DNA of 64,000 bases from Desulfatiglandales bacterium (GTDB lineage: Bacteria; Desulfobacterota; DSM-4660; Desulfatiglandales; HGW-15), in the NCBI GenBank assembly GCA_963667015.2, contig CAXXJJ010000004.1:2624001-2688000 (forward strand). Direction: 5' to 3'. Position 1 is the first letter of the stretch, and every line of letters starts with the position of its first letter. Of this stretch, positions 38,330 to 48,129 are shown piece after piece. The notes under the pieces were generated by a model. It was given only the letters and a program-made list of their open reading frames with translations. It was not told where the DNA came from and ran no database searches. The translations under genes and the position numbers were made by a program.

Positions 38330-38998
38330 TCATACCCCCCTCATATCAGGGGGCCATATATATTTATGCAGCTGAAGGTTTAACCGCACATTCAGTCTAT
38401 CTTTCAATATCCATTCGCTGAGTTCCCTAGGCTCTATCCTTCCAAAGCAGGGAGAAAAATGGATGTGAATATCTTTTTTTCTGTCCCCGGAAATTCGGGA
38501 GAGAATATCAACTGCAAAATCATAATCAGCACGTTCGGCAATTACCAGCTTCAACTCATCACCCGGATTCAGCCTGTGAAGATTTTCGGGATCATTATGC
38601 CTCTCCTCACCGCTTGAAGGGCATTTGATATCCATAATCTTTATACATCGTCTGTCAACCATGCTGATATCTTTGCTGCCGTTTGTCTCAAGTAAAACAG
38701 TGTATTCAAGTTCAAGGAGTGTTTTTATCAGCTGCGGGGTTTCATCCTGCAGCAGGGGTTCCCCTCCGGTTATTTCAACAAGAGAACAGTCAAACTCCTT
38801 AACCTTTTCTACTATTTCCTCTATTTCTATCAGGGAACCTTCATCATAGGCATAGGCCGTGTCACAATAGGAGCACCTCAGGTTACAACCCGTAAGACGA
38901 ATAAACACGCATGGCTGTCCTGCGAAGGTTGATTCTCCCTGAATACTGCAGAATATCTCATTAACCTTTAGAGACAAATTTTTTTCCTTTTTTAACAA
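38330..38998 (-). CDS. queE: 7-carboxy-7-deazaguanine synthase (radical SAM)
   Basis: EIFCSIQGE, CNLRCSYCDT, TGGEP, ETNG, LQLHKYIW. Confidence 0.9.
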   Translation of the reverse strand: MLKKEKNLSLKVNEIFCSIQGESTFAGQPCVFIRLTGCNLRCSYCDTAYAYDEGSLIEIEEIVEKVKEFDCSLVEITGGEPLLQDETPQLIKTLLELEYTVLLETNGSKDISMVDRRCIKIMDIKCPSSGEERHNDPENLHRLNPGDELKLVIAERADYDFAVDILSRISGDRKKDIHIHFSPCFGRIEPRELSEWILKDRLNVRLNLQLHKYIWPPDMRGV

Positions 38999-40268
38999 GT
39001 ATCTGTTCCATTAAAACTGCACTTGTAACACCGGCCACAAAACCGTTTGCAAGAACAGGCCTCAAGACAGGTGAAATAGTCTCACTAACATTATCCGGAA
39101 GGAAGGTAACCACTGTCCCCAGAAAAATGGAAATTCCTATTACCATACCGTTTTCCATCCCGAACCCCTTTCCTTCTGCATCCTTGAATGCCACCAGAAG
39201 GCCTGATGCTATCTGGATAGCCATCAGGTAGGTCAGCACTGCCCCTATAACCACAGGGGGAATACTGCCCATTGCTCCCGTCACACGGGGCAGAAAGGCC
39301 AGTATAAACATTATTACAGCAGCAGGTATAAGGGTAAAACGTGACGCACAGCCTGTGCTCAATATTATACCCGGGCTTATTGAAAAATTAACAGGCCCTA
39401 TGACACCCATGAACCCGGCAAAGATATTTGCCAGACCTGTGATAAAGACCCCCCTTTTTACCCTGCCCTCCCGGTCCTTGACCTCAAGAATCTCGTTTAC
39501 AGACTGGATCGAGCCAAGGTCATTTATCAAAAGCGCGATAAAACAAAAGAGAAATGAGATCATCACCCCCGGATGGAATGACAGATCTGTATTCATGTTA
39601 TATAAAAAAGAATCAAGCCAGGGACCGTCATAAGGGGATACAGGCTGTTTAGCCTGCAGGATAAAAAAGTACAGGATACTTCCAAGCACTACACTCCAGA
39701 TGACTATTGTCGATTTCCATATTCCATTTAGTATCCTGTGAAAAACAAACATGATGAAGATCATAAGAATTGCAAAAAGCATATTGTATGAGGGGTTTAC
39801 TCCGCCTTTTTTATCTATGATCAGATCCATTATGGCTGGCGTCATGGTAAAGGCTATCAGGATAAGTACCACTGATATTACATTGGCTGTAAAAAACCTG
39901 TTAACATGCCTTAAAAGACCGCTTATTGAGAGAACCACAACGATGAGCCCTCCGGTCATTATGGATGTGTATATGACAGAAACCGGAAAACTTGCAGAGG
40001 CAAGAATACCGATAAGCAGCACTGCAGAAGGCCCCGGAATAAGAGGGAGCCTGTGCCCCAGAAATATCTGTATGAAGAGTGTTACAGAACTTACTATCAG
40101 AAGCTTTCTGAGGTAGAGTATCTGGCTGAACTGGTCCGGATAGTGGATAAGCCCCACAACCTTGCCCAGTATAATTATTGTGGATATCAGGAGAACCGCC
40201 CACTGCATTCCGAAAAGAATATTTTTAATGAACGGGACTTTCTCGTCAAGTCCGTACTGGAGCTGCAT
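38961..40268 (-). CDS. Nucleobase:cation symporter-2 (xanthine/uracil permease family)
   Basis: YGLDEK, GMQW, GHRLP and many TM helices. Start adjusted to ATG 40268. Confidence 0.85.
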   Translation of the reverse strand: MQLQYGLDEKVPFIKNILFGMQWAVLLISTIIILGKVVGLIHYPDQFSQILYLRKLLIVSSVTLFIQIFLGHRLPLIPGPSAVLLIGILASASFPVSVIYTSIMTGGLIVVVLSISGLLRHVNRFFTANVISVVLILIAFTMTPAIMDLIIDKKGGVNPSYNMLFAILMIFIMFVFHRILNGIWKSTIVIWSVVLGSILYFFILQAKQPVSPYDGPWLDSFLYNMNTDLSFHPGVMISFLFCFIALLINDLGSIQSVNEILEVKDREGRVKRGVFITGLANIFAGFMGVIGPVNFSISPGIILSTGCASRFTLIPAAVIMFILAFLPRVTGAMGSIPPVVIGAVLTYLMAIQIASGLLVAFKDAEGKGFGMENGMVIGISIFLGTVVTFLPDNVSETISPVLRPVLANGFVAGVTSAVLMEQILVKKGKKFVSKG

Positions 40269-40278
40269 TATTACTCCT

Positions 40279-41631
40279 CTATTTCCTATAAACAGGGAAC
40301 ACCCTGGAATCGTCACTGAAGTATTCTTTTGTCATTCTGATTACCACAGGACTCAACAGGATAAGCCCGATGAGGTTGGGCCAGGCCATTAATGCATTGA
40401 ATATATCAGAGATTGCCCAGACGGCTTCAAGTTTAATATATGCCCCCACAGGAAGCAGGATACAGTAGAGTATCCTGTATGGTGTTACCAGGTTTTTACC
40501 AAACAGGTAATCAACACACCTGTCACCATAATATGACCAGCTTATTGCCGTACTGAAGGCAAAAAACATTATTCCAAACGCTACAATATACCCGCCAAAA
40601 CCTGATATTCCCATATTAAAGGCCTTTGCAGTTAGATCAGCGCCTGTCTCACCGGATGTATAGGCCCCTGTTAGAATAATTACCAGTGCAGTCATTGAGC
40701 ATATTACAATAGTATCGATAAAAGGACCAAGCATGGCAACAAGGCCTTCGCGCACCGGTTCTTTTGTTTTTGCAGCACCATGCGCAATGGGCGCGCTTCC
40801 AAGCCCGGACTCATTTGAGAACACACCGCGTGCCACTCCAAACCGGATTACCTGAGAAATTGCCGCACCTGCAAATCCTCCTGCCGCAGCACTCCCGGTA
40901 AATGCACTTTTAAATATCAGGCTCAGGGCCTCCGGAACAGCATCAAGCCTTGTCGAAATAATAATAAGCCCCCCGGCTACATACAGTATTGCCATAAAAG
41001 GCACAAGCATGCTTGCCACCTGCCCTATTCTTTTGATTCCGCCGACTATTACCATAAAGACAAGGACACCGATTACTATGCCTGTTATAAGTTTCGATAC
41101 ACCGAAATGAGTAAGTACAGGCTCGGCAACTGAGTTAGCCTGAACCATATTACCTATTCCGAATGAGGCGATGGTTGCAAAAAGGGCAAACAAGATTCCA
41201 AGCCATTTTTGTTTCAGTCCCCGTTCAAGGTAGTACATGGGGCCCGCGCCAACAACCCCGTCGGGATGGATAACACGATAATTCAGTGACAGCAGACATT
41301 CAGCGTATTTAAGGGACATACCGAATATGGCTGTCACCCACATCCAGAAAACGGCACCCGGGCCTCCCATGGCTATGGCCGTGCCAACACCGGCTATATT
41401 ACCGGTTCCTATTGTTGCGGAGAGCGCTGCACTCAATGCCTGAAAGTGTGTTACCTCTCCATCATCTTCGGGATTGTCATACCTTCCTGAAATCAGTCCC
41501 CAGGCATAGAAAAATTTCCTAACCTGGATGGCCTTTGCAATAAGTGTAATAAAAATACCGGTACCGACCAGCAATATTATCGTTACCGGTCCCCAGACTA
41601 TTCCGTCTATCTGATCAAGTATTTGCTGCAT
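40279..41631 (-). CDS. Sodium:alanine/glycine symporter (AGCS)
   Basis: TIGTGNIAGV, GGPGAVFWMW, RGVFSNESGLGS. Confidence 0.95.
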   Translation of the reverse strand: MQQILDQIDGIVWGPVTIILLVGTGIFITLIAKAIQVRKFFYAWGLISGRYDNPEDDGEVTHFQALSAALSATIGTGNIAGVGTAIAMGGPGAVFWMWVTAIFGMSLKYAECLLSLNYRVIHPDGVVGAGPMYYLERGLKQKWLGILFALFATIASFGIGNMVQANSVAEPVLTHFGVSKLITGIVIGVLVFMVIVGGIKRIGQVASMLVPFMAILYVAGGLIIISTRLDAVPEALSLIFKSAFTGSAAAGGFAGAAISQVIRFGVARGVFSNESGLGSAPIAHGAAKTKEPVREGLVAMLGPFIDTIVICSMTALVIILTGAYTSGETGADLTAKAFNMGISGFGGYIVAFGIMFFAFSTAISWSYYGDRCVDYLFGKNLVTPYRILYCILLPVGAYIKLEAVWAISDIFNALMAWPNLIGLILLSPVVIRMTKEYFSDDSRVFPVYRK

Positions 41632-42269
41632 CAGGTTATCTCCAGTATATCGCTATCAAAATATTCGGACAGATCCTTTTGAAACCCTTCCCTGTCAATG
41701 AAGAGATGGGTTTTAAGTCCCTTCCTTTTTGCCCGCTCAATATGCCCGTGATAATCATCAACAAATAATATCTCTTCAGGGTTTAGTCCCAGTTTATTCG
41801 CAATATCACAAAACAGATCAGGGTCGCTCTTACTCCTGCCCATATAGTAACTGTTAAATATATGGTTAAATAACTGATAAAAGTTATCCCGCTCATTCAG
41901 CCTGTCAAGCCAGTCGGTCTGGTCACTTAACAGGCAGACAATCAGACCCTGTGCTCTTAACTTTATAATAATTTCAGGAAACCATGGCCGTATGATAAAA
42001 TCCTTTAAAATTATTTCCCGAAGTTTATCATTATCACCCGCAACACCGGTAGCCTCTTTTATTGCCTTCCAGAATGTCGCTTCATTGCACCTCCCCAGGA
42101 CATAGCCGGTGGAGTAAACAAGGTCAAAGGCCGTTTTTTCTACCATATCAGGATCAACGCGGTTCTGTTCGGCAATTCTCCTGAGCCCGTTCCTGAATCC
42201 CTCCTCGGCAAATACACCGCCAAAATCAATTAGCACTGCCTTCAGGATATTTTTTGACTTTAATTCCAC
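41631..42269 (-). CDS. HAD-family phosphatase
   Basis: DFGGV, LSD, K-x-DP, FVDD. Confidence 0.9.
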   Translation of the reverse strand: MELKSKNILKAVLIDFGGVFAEEGFRNGLRRIAEQNRVDPDMVEKTAFDLVYSTGYVLGRCNEATFWKAIKEATGVAGDNDKLREIILKDFIIRPWFPEIIIKLRAQGLIVCLLSDQTDWLDRLNERDNFYQLFNHIFNSYYMGRSKSDPDLFCDIANKLGLNPEEILFVDDYHGHIERAKRKGLKTHLFIDREGFQKDLSEYFDSDILEIT

Positions 42270-42295
42270 TTTATCAGATTCCGGTTCAATTCGGG

Positions 42296-43306
42296 TTATT
42301 CATATCCGTCAGGGTTTTGAGACTGCCATCTCCATGTATCCGTGCACATCTCATCGATCCCCTTTAGAGCGGTCCAGTTCAGTTCATCTTTAGCAAGGGC
42401 AGGGTCGGCAAAACATTCGGCTATATCACCTGGTCTGCGCTCAACGATCCTGTATGGGACATCTCTTCCCGAGGCCTTTTTAAATGCCTCTACCATTTCA
42501 AGTACACTGTACCCCGTGCCAGTGCCCAGGTTATAGACCCTGATTCCTGTTTTTGATTCAATTTTATCGATCGCCCTCACATGACCAATGGCTAGATCTA
42601 CCACATGGATATAATCCCTTACACCAGTACCGTCATGGGTTGGATAATCATTGCCGAACACAGATAATATTTCAAGTTTTCCAATGGCCACCTGGGAGAT
42701 ATAGGGCACCAGGTTATTAGGTATGTCATTGGGATCCTCACCGATCTTTCCGCTTGAATGAGCACCCACAGGATTAAAATATCTGAGAAGGATGATATCC
42801 CATGAATTGTCTGACACATGGAGATCCCTGAGTATTTCCTCTATAAATAATTTTGATCTTCCGTAGGGGTTGGTAGCTGAAAGTGGAAAATCCTCTGTAA
42901 TGGGAACCTTGTGAGGATCACCATACACCGTGGCAGAAGAACTGAATACCATTTTCTTTACATTATTATCTCTCATGACCTCACAGAGGCAAAGGGTTCC
43001 ATATACATTATTACTGAAATACTCCAAAGGCTTATGAACTGATTCACCAACGGCCTTAAGTCCTGCAAAATGGATTACCGCGTCAATTTCATTATCAGTG
43101 AAGATTTCCCGCAAAGCTGTTTTGTCACATAGATCTGCTTTATAGAAAAGAAAGTCCCTTCCGGTGATCTCACGAACCCTCTTCAGAGACTCCTCTTTAC
43201 TGTTGGAAAGATTATCAACCACAACCACATCATGCCCTGCATTCAGCAGCTCAACCATGGTATGACTGCCTATGTATCCGGCGCCTCCGGTCACGAGTAT
43301 TTTCAT
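42296..43306 (-). CDS. galE: UDP-glucose 4-epimerase
   Basis: [30 protein letters not shown]. Confidence 0.97.
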   Translation of the reverse strand: MKILVTGGAGYIGSHTMVELLNAGHDVVVVDNLSNSKEESLKRVREITGRDFLFYKADLCDKTALREIFTDNEIDAVIHFAGLKAVGESVHKPLEYFSNNVYGTLCLCEVMRDNNVKKMVFSSSATVYGDPHKVPITEDFPLSATNPYGRSKLFIEEILRDLHVSDNSWDIILLRYFNPVGAHSSGKIGEDPNDIPNNLVPYISQVAIGKLEILSVFGNDYPTHDGTGVRDYIHVVDLAIGHVRAIDKIESKTGIRVYNLGTGTGYSVLEMVEAFKKASGRDVPYRIVERRPGDIAECFADPALAKDELNWTALKGIDEMCTDTWRWQSQNPDGYE

Positions 43307-43327
43307 TATATTTCTCCGGTTCTTTTT

Positions 43328-43771
43328 TTATTTCAGTCTATTCAACTCTGCTTTTCTCAGTGAAATTCTCGCCTCTGCCAGCCTGCCGTAATATCCCCTG
43401 ATCTTCTTTGTCTGACCTTTTGATATCGCTCTCAGGAGATCACCTTCAAGTTCTGCAACTTCAAGAAGCCTGTAATAATCAAGAGATTCCTTGAGGTGTG
43501 CAAGCACGATCTTACCTGTCAGAACAGGATGATTATTGGTAACATTTGCATCCCTGAACTGAATGCCGTGTTCAAGTTCCACCTCAAGCCCGGATTTAAA
43601 CTCGGCGGGATCAATATCCATTTTTTTTGAGTTTAACTCGGAAAGGATAATTTTGGCCTCCTTCATGGAAACACTTGCTTCCTTTTTCTCTGTCCAGTCG
43701 GAAATTTTCAATTCACGACAAACTCTTTTAACTTCCTCTTTTGTAATATATTCAGGTAATTTCATACTCAT
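43328..43771 (-). CDS. DUF5661-like protein
   Basis: GLEVELEHG...TGKIVLAHLKE..DYY. Confidence 0.75.
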   Translation of the reverse strand: MSMKLPEYITKEEVKRVCRELKISDWTEKKEASVSMKEAKIILSELNSKKMDIDPAEFKSGLEVELEHGIQFRDANVTNNHPVLTGKIVLAHLKESLDYYRLLEVAELEGDLLRAISKGQTKKIRGYYGRLAEARISLRKAELNRLK

Positions 43772-43930
43772 CTCCTTTCAATGCTTCTTATTTATTTAAA
43801 ATCGTTTAACTCTAGACTATGAATTCCTGCGAGTCAACATGAAAGCCCCTCTATAATACTTAATAAAAGTTTGATTGCAATATAATAACCTGTTGTTTTC
43901 ATTGGAAATAAATTTTTCCTAAAAAAATAT

Positions 43931-43958
43931 TAAAGTTTACCGGCCAGACTGTCGATCT
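43931..43958 (+). promoter_or_regulatory. Candidate sigma28 (FliA/SigD) promoter
   Basis: TAAAGTTT...GTCGATCT (TAAA-N16-GTCGAT), just upstream of the riboswitch. Confidence 0.55.
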
Positions 43959-43969
43959 GAAGAGTGGAG

Positions 43970-44064
43970 AAAACTTGAGGGCAAACTTTCTGAAAAGACA
44001 GGGCGCAAAGCTTCCGGTCTAAGTCCCTGAGAGAAAGGGATATGACAGCGGGGCTGCATAGTGA
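43970..44064 (+). ncRNA. Cyclic di-GMP-I (GEMM-I) riboswitch
   Basis: AGGGCAAAC..GAAA..GGGCGCAAAGCTTCCGGTCTAAG...TATGACAGCGGGGCTGC matches the GEMM-I core. Confidence 0.92.
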
Positions 44065-44077
44065 GAATCAAATAGCG

Positions 44078-44113
44078 CCCGTTCTCATGAAAATGAAACG
44101 GGTTTTTATTTTT
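44078..44113 (+). terminator. Riboswitch expression-platform terminator
   Basis: CCCGTTcTCAT-GAAA-ATGAAACGGG followed by TTTTTATTTTT. Confidence 0.85.
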
Positions 44114-44148
44114 CCGTTGATAAGAAAGGTACGAAAAGGAGGTTGAAT

Positions 44149-44427
44149 ATGGTTATAGACTCCTCGGTAGTAATAAATGTCCCGCATGACGGGGATTTCA
44201 GGACCAAAAGGAAGGAAGGATCCGAAGATGCAAGACCGGTTGAAAAATCGGGGGATAGCGATAAATCCGATCTGGATATCAGCAGGGACAAGATTACGGA
44301 AAAAACCCCTGAGACACGACGCTTTGATGCCGGTATCGTATATAATAAATACGGTGAACTGGATCGCGAAAGCAGCAGGGAGGAAGACACGGAAATGGGC
44401 AAAAAGACCATTGATGTAATTGTGTAA
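44149..44427 (+). CDS. Small charged protein ending GKKTIDVIV
   Basis: AGGAGG RBS before ATG 44149; flanked by the riboswitch and a terminator. Confidence 0.75.
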   Translation: MVIDSSVVINVPHDGDFRTKRKEGSEDARPVEKSGDSDKSDLDISRDKITEKTPETRRFDAGIVYNKYGELDRESSREEDTEMGKKTIDVIV

Positions 44428-44450
44428 TTGTGGTTTCGGAGAGGGAGACA

Positions 44451-44491
44451 AAAAAGGGGTATCTCTACTGAGAGGGAGATACCCCTTTTTT
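44451..44491. terminator. Bidirectional intrinsic terminator
   Basis: AAAAAGGGGTATCTC...GAGATACCCCTTTTTT. Confidence 0.9.
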
Positions 44492-44527
44492 AATTTACCT
44501 TGCTTCTTTTAAATCTGTTATTTTATT

Positions 44528-45196
44528 TCAATCCTTTTTATTTCGGTTCCTTCCCGAAGCATTGAAAACCAGGGCTTTCACAGGGCATACTGCAATACAT
44601 TCCAGGCAGGATTCACAGGCAAGATTTGTTTCCTGCCCATAAAGGCTTATAACCGTATCAAGTCCGCGGTTGGCAAATGACAGGACAGAATGGCCTTTTT
44701 TCTGACAGACATACACACACCTGCCGCACATGACACACCTGTTGGGATAATAATGGATGAGGGGGTGTGTTCTATCTATCTCATTATCCTTCAGCCTCTT
44801 TTCAAACTCTTTATTCTTCAGTCCTACCTTTAAAAATCCTGCCAGCTTCTGTATCTCGCATTGCTTGTTTGCGGGACAGTTACGGCAGTCAACCAGGTGA
44901 GTTGAAAGAAGAAGCCTGAATGCTGCCTGCTGAAGCCTTCTCACCTTTTCGGTATCGGTCCGGACTGTCATCCCTTCCTTTATCTTTACAGTGCAGGATG
45001 ATACCGGATTCTTTGCTCCTTCCAGTTCGACAAAACACAGGCGGCATGACACGGATGGCGTCTCCATGTCTTTTAAATAGCAAAGGTTAGGGATATATAT
45101 ATTATTATCCAGGCATGTCTGTAGAAGGTTGGCCCCTTCGACAGCCTCGATCTCGGTGTTGTCCACTACTATTTTTATTTTATTTTCCATTTTCAT
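44528..45196 (-). CDS. NuoG/HydA N-terminal-like Fe-S subunit with no catalytic domain
   Basis: 2Fe-2S (IPNLC, CRLC, SC), HxxxCxxCxxxxxC, CVMCGRCVYVC, CESCLECIAVC; only 222 aa. Confidence 0.9.
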   Translation of the reverse strand: MKMENKIKIVVDNTEIEAVEGANLLQTCLDNNIYIPNLCYLKDMETPSVSCRLCFVELEGAKNPVSSCTVKIKEGMTVRTDTEKVRRLQQAAFRLLLSTHLVDCRNCPANKQCEIQKLAGFLKVGLKNKEFEKRLKDNEIDRTHPLIHYYPNRCVMCGRCVYVCQKKGHSVLSFANRGLDTVISLYGQETNLACESCLECIAVCPVKALVFNASGRNRNKKD

Positions 45197-47119
45197 CTAC
45201 TCTTCCGGTCTTTCTATTACAGGCGCCAGTTCGGGGGGAGAAATTTTTATAACAGCGTGATATTCATCAGGACATGCAACCATGCATTCACCACATTTGA
45301 CACATAAACTCTGATCAATACCCTTTTTTCTTTCCTTTGTTGTGAATATTGCCTCAACAGGACAGGACCCTACACAGGCATCGCAACCTCTGGCACATTT
45401 TTCAAGATCAATATAAAAGGCCGTTAATGCCCGGCACATCCCGGCAGGACAGCGCTTTTCTCTGATATGGGCCTCGTATTCGTCCCTGAAATATCTGAGG
45501 GTTGTTATAACCGGGTTTGGGGCTGTTTTCCCAAGGTTACACAGAGAGCCTTCCTTTATCTCTTCACATAAACGTTCCAGCCTTTCAAGGTCCTCCTCAA
45601 CACCCTCCCCCTTTGTGATCCTGTCAAGTATCTGAAGCAGGTGAAATGTCCCGATACGGCAGAATGTACATTTACCGCAGGATTCCTGCTGTGTAAAATC
45701 GAGAAAAAAACGGGCGATGTTTACCATGCAGGTATCTTCGTCCATCACTACCATCCCGCCCGATCCCATCATTGCGCCGGCCTCTTTAAGTGATTCAAAA
45801 TCAATTGGGGTATCCAGATATTTTTCAGGCAGACAGCCACCGGAAGGGCCCCCTATCTGGACGGCCTTGAAACTCTTCTTTGCAGGAATTCCCCCGCAGA
45901 CATTAAAAATAAGCTCTTTTAGATTTACACCCATGGGAATCTCAACGAGACCCGCATGGAGTACATCACCGACTATTGAAAAAATGGCTGTCCCGGAGGT
46001 GGTGTCAGTTCCTATATTTTTAAACCATTCTGCCCCTCTGTTCACAATGGGGACCACACAGGAGAGGGTTTTAACATTGTTGATAACAGTGGGCATTCCC
46101 CATAATCCCTCCTGTGCGGGATAAGGAGGTCTGAACCTGGGCATCCCCCTTTTACCCTCGATGGACTGAATCAGGGCTGTTTCCTCACCGCATACGAAGG
46201 CACCGGAACCTTCAAATACCGATACGTTAATATTCAGTCCTGTTCCTAAAATATTATCCCCAAGCAGATTGTGATTTTCTGCCTGTTTTATTGCATTTTT
46301 TACTGTCTGGACAGCAAGGGGATATTCGGACCTTATATAGATGACAACCCTTTCAGCCCCAACGGCTAATGCACAGATGGCTATCCCCTCAAGAAGCTGG
46401 TGAGGGTTACTCTCGAGGATGTTTCTATCCATATAGGCGCCCGGATCGCCTTCATCCGCATTACAGATCACTACTCTATCAGGAGCATCAGCGGCCTTCA
46501 CCATCTTCCACTTTTCGCCGGTGGGAAATCCTGCACCGCCACGCCCCCTCAATCCTGATTCTATTATTTCTTTGACGATCCTGTCAGGCTGCTGTTCTTT
46601 AATGACATTAACAAAGGTCGAATATCCTTCCAGAGCTATATAATCGTCAATTTCATCCGGATCCATATACCCGCATTTTTCCAGTACAATACGTTCTTCA
46701 CTGTTGAACCTCGGGAAATCCATTATGGACGGTATCATGTCATTTTGAACCATCGCACCCATCACATGTTCGAAAAGGGGATCGCCGTCTATCAGAAAAG
46801 ATTTGATTATCATTTTTGCCTTTCCCGGGGTTACCTGGTGGTAAAAAATAGGAGGAAATCCGGAATCAGGATTATCTATTATTACTACAGGCTCGGCATA
46901 ACAATGCCCCATGCACCCTGCTGAAAAAATGGAGGCATCAATCCCTTCCTTCGACAGGGTGTCTTCAATTGCCTTCTGGGTTTCAAGGGCGCCGGCAGCA
47001 ATCCCGCAGGTCCCCTTGCCAATAGATATATTGATTCTGCTCTTTTGCTTTTTTGAATTTACGCCTGATATTGCGCGGTCTTTTATACCTGCGAACACCT
47101 CGATAGGATCATTACTCAT
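45197..47119 (-). CDS. NuoF/HydB-type NADH:flavin Fe-S subunit
   Basis: GLRGRGGAGFP, NADEGDPG, CGEETAL, ESCGKCTFCR, N-terminal thioredoxin-like ferredoxin and C-terminal 2x4Fe-4S. Start set to MSNDP (47119). Confidence 0.95.
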   Translation of the reverse strand: MSNDPIEVFAGIKDRAISGVNSKKQKSRINISIGKGTCGIAAGALETQKAIEDTLSKEGIDASIFSAGCMGHCYAEPVVIIDNPDSGFPPIFYHQVTPGKAKMIIKSFLIDGDPLFEHVMGAMVQNDMIPSIMDFPRFNSEERIVLEKCGYMDPDEIDDYIALEGYSTFVNVIKEQQPDRIVKEIIESGLRGRGGAGFPTGEKWKMVKAADAPDRVVICNADEGDPGAYMDRNILESNPHQLLEGIAICALAVGAERVVIYIRSEYPLAVQTVKNAIKQAENHNLLGDNILGTGLNINVSVFEGSGAFVCGEETALIQSIEGKRGMPRFRPPYPAQEGLWGMPTVINNVKTLSCVVPIVNRGAEWFKNIGTDTTSGTAIFSIVGDVLHAGLVEIPMGVNLKELIFNVCGGIPAKKSFKAVQIGGPSGGCLPEKYLDTPIDFESLKEAGAMMGSGGMVVMDEDTCMVNIARFFLDFTQQESCGKCTFCRIGTFHLLQILDRITKGEGVEEDLERLERLCEEIKEGSLCNLGKTAPNPVITTLRYFRDEYEAHIREKRCPAGMCRALTAFYIDLEKCARGCDACVGSCPVEAIFTTKERKKGIDQSLCVKCGECMVACPDEYHAVIKISPPELAPVIERPEE

Positions 47120-47666
47120 TGGAGACCTCTTTCTGTCTTTCCCGCTCCTCTTTTTCCTTTTCAATCTGGAAACCCAGAAGTATCCCCTCCACCTTGCTCG
47201 GGGCCATGCCACCCTGGGTCTTTTCATCTATTATGGCAACCGGTGCAAGGGCGCAGCATCCCACGCATGCCACGCGCTCGATGCTGAACTCTCTGTCAGG
47301 TGTTGTTTCACCATATTTGATTCCAAGCTTCCTTTCAAAATTTTCCAGTATTATGTCACCGCCCTTTACATGGCAGGCAGTCCCCAGACATACCTTGATC
47401 TGGTGCTTCCCCGGAGGATTGAACCTGAATTGATTATAAAAAGTGGCAACACCATAGACTTCGCTGGTTGTTGCCCCGGTATGATCTGCAACAATTTTAA
47501 TGGCATCCTTTGAAAGGTAGGAGTACTTGTCCTGTATCATCTGGAGGACAGGGATAATGTTATCTGCTGACTGCCCGAAAAATTTAAGACCTTCAGTAAT
47601 ATCAGCAATCATCAATTCTTCCTGCTCTTTTAATTTTTTTTCTTCTTCGGGAGTTAGAACATTCAT
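47112..47666 (-). CDS. NuoE/HydC-type 2Fe-2S subunit
   Basis: GVATFY, CLGTAC, CVGCC. Confidence 0.95.
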   Translation of the reverse strand: MNVLTPEEEKKLKEQEELMIADITEGLKFFGQSADNIIPVLQMIQDKYSYLSKDAIKIVADHTGATTSEVYGVATFYNQFRFNPPGKHQIKVCLGTACHVKGGDIILENFERKLGIKYGETTPDREFSIERVACVGCCALAPVAIIDEKTQGGMAPSKVEGILLGFQIEKEKEERERQKEVSNE

Positions 47667-47917
47667 TTTTCACCATAAGTATATAAGTTTTAGACCAGGT
47701 GCAGCTATTATATGAGCAACGCGATAATATATCAATCCACACCTATGGATTATACCAATTGTCCGATATATTTCATCAACCGAGGAAATTTTGAGTGCCC
47801 ATCATAACGCAGACAGTTCAATTCATCAAGGGGCATATCAGTCCTTACCGGATATGGTTGAATCAAAATTCAGAGATTTCCATTTAAAAGCCTCTATTGA
47901 TAGGATTAGTTATTGAC

Positions 47918-47964
47918 ATACAATATATTGTGCCCTAAAATGTTTCAGTTTCTATATAAGGGCA
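47918..47964 (+). promoter_or_regulatory. Tandem NrdR boxes
   Basis: ATACAATATATTGTGC (47918) and a weaker copy CTATATAAGG 31 bp downstream, upstream of nrdJ. TTGACA overlaps the first box. Confidence 0.75.
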
Positions 47965-48129
47965 TTTTGAATAAAAGTTATCCGCACTTTTAAATCGCAC
48001 GGCATACTTGGAATAATAGTATTCTGTAGCTATTCAGGGGATACTTTTTTCATTTTTTTCATCCCATACTGATAAAATTTATAATTTAAAAATAATATAA
48101 AATACAGGCCAGAATTTTTTTAACGGAGG

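Noticed and set aside
38330..38998. queE as part of a 7-deazaguanine DNA-modification system
   Set aside because: No dpd genes nearby; the context is housekeeping.
44068..44451. Minus-strand and alternate-frame ORFs at the riboswitch locus
   Set aside because: Only the plus-strand ORF from 44149 has an RBS and fits the riboswitch orientation.
44528..47666. Respiratory complex I or an [FeFe] hydrogenase
   Set aside because: No membrane Nuo subunits adjacent and no H-cluster motifs.
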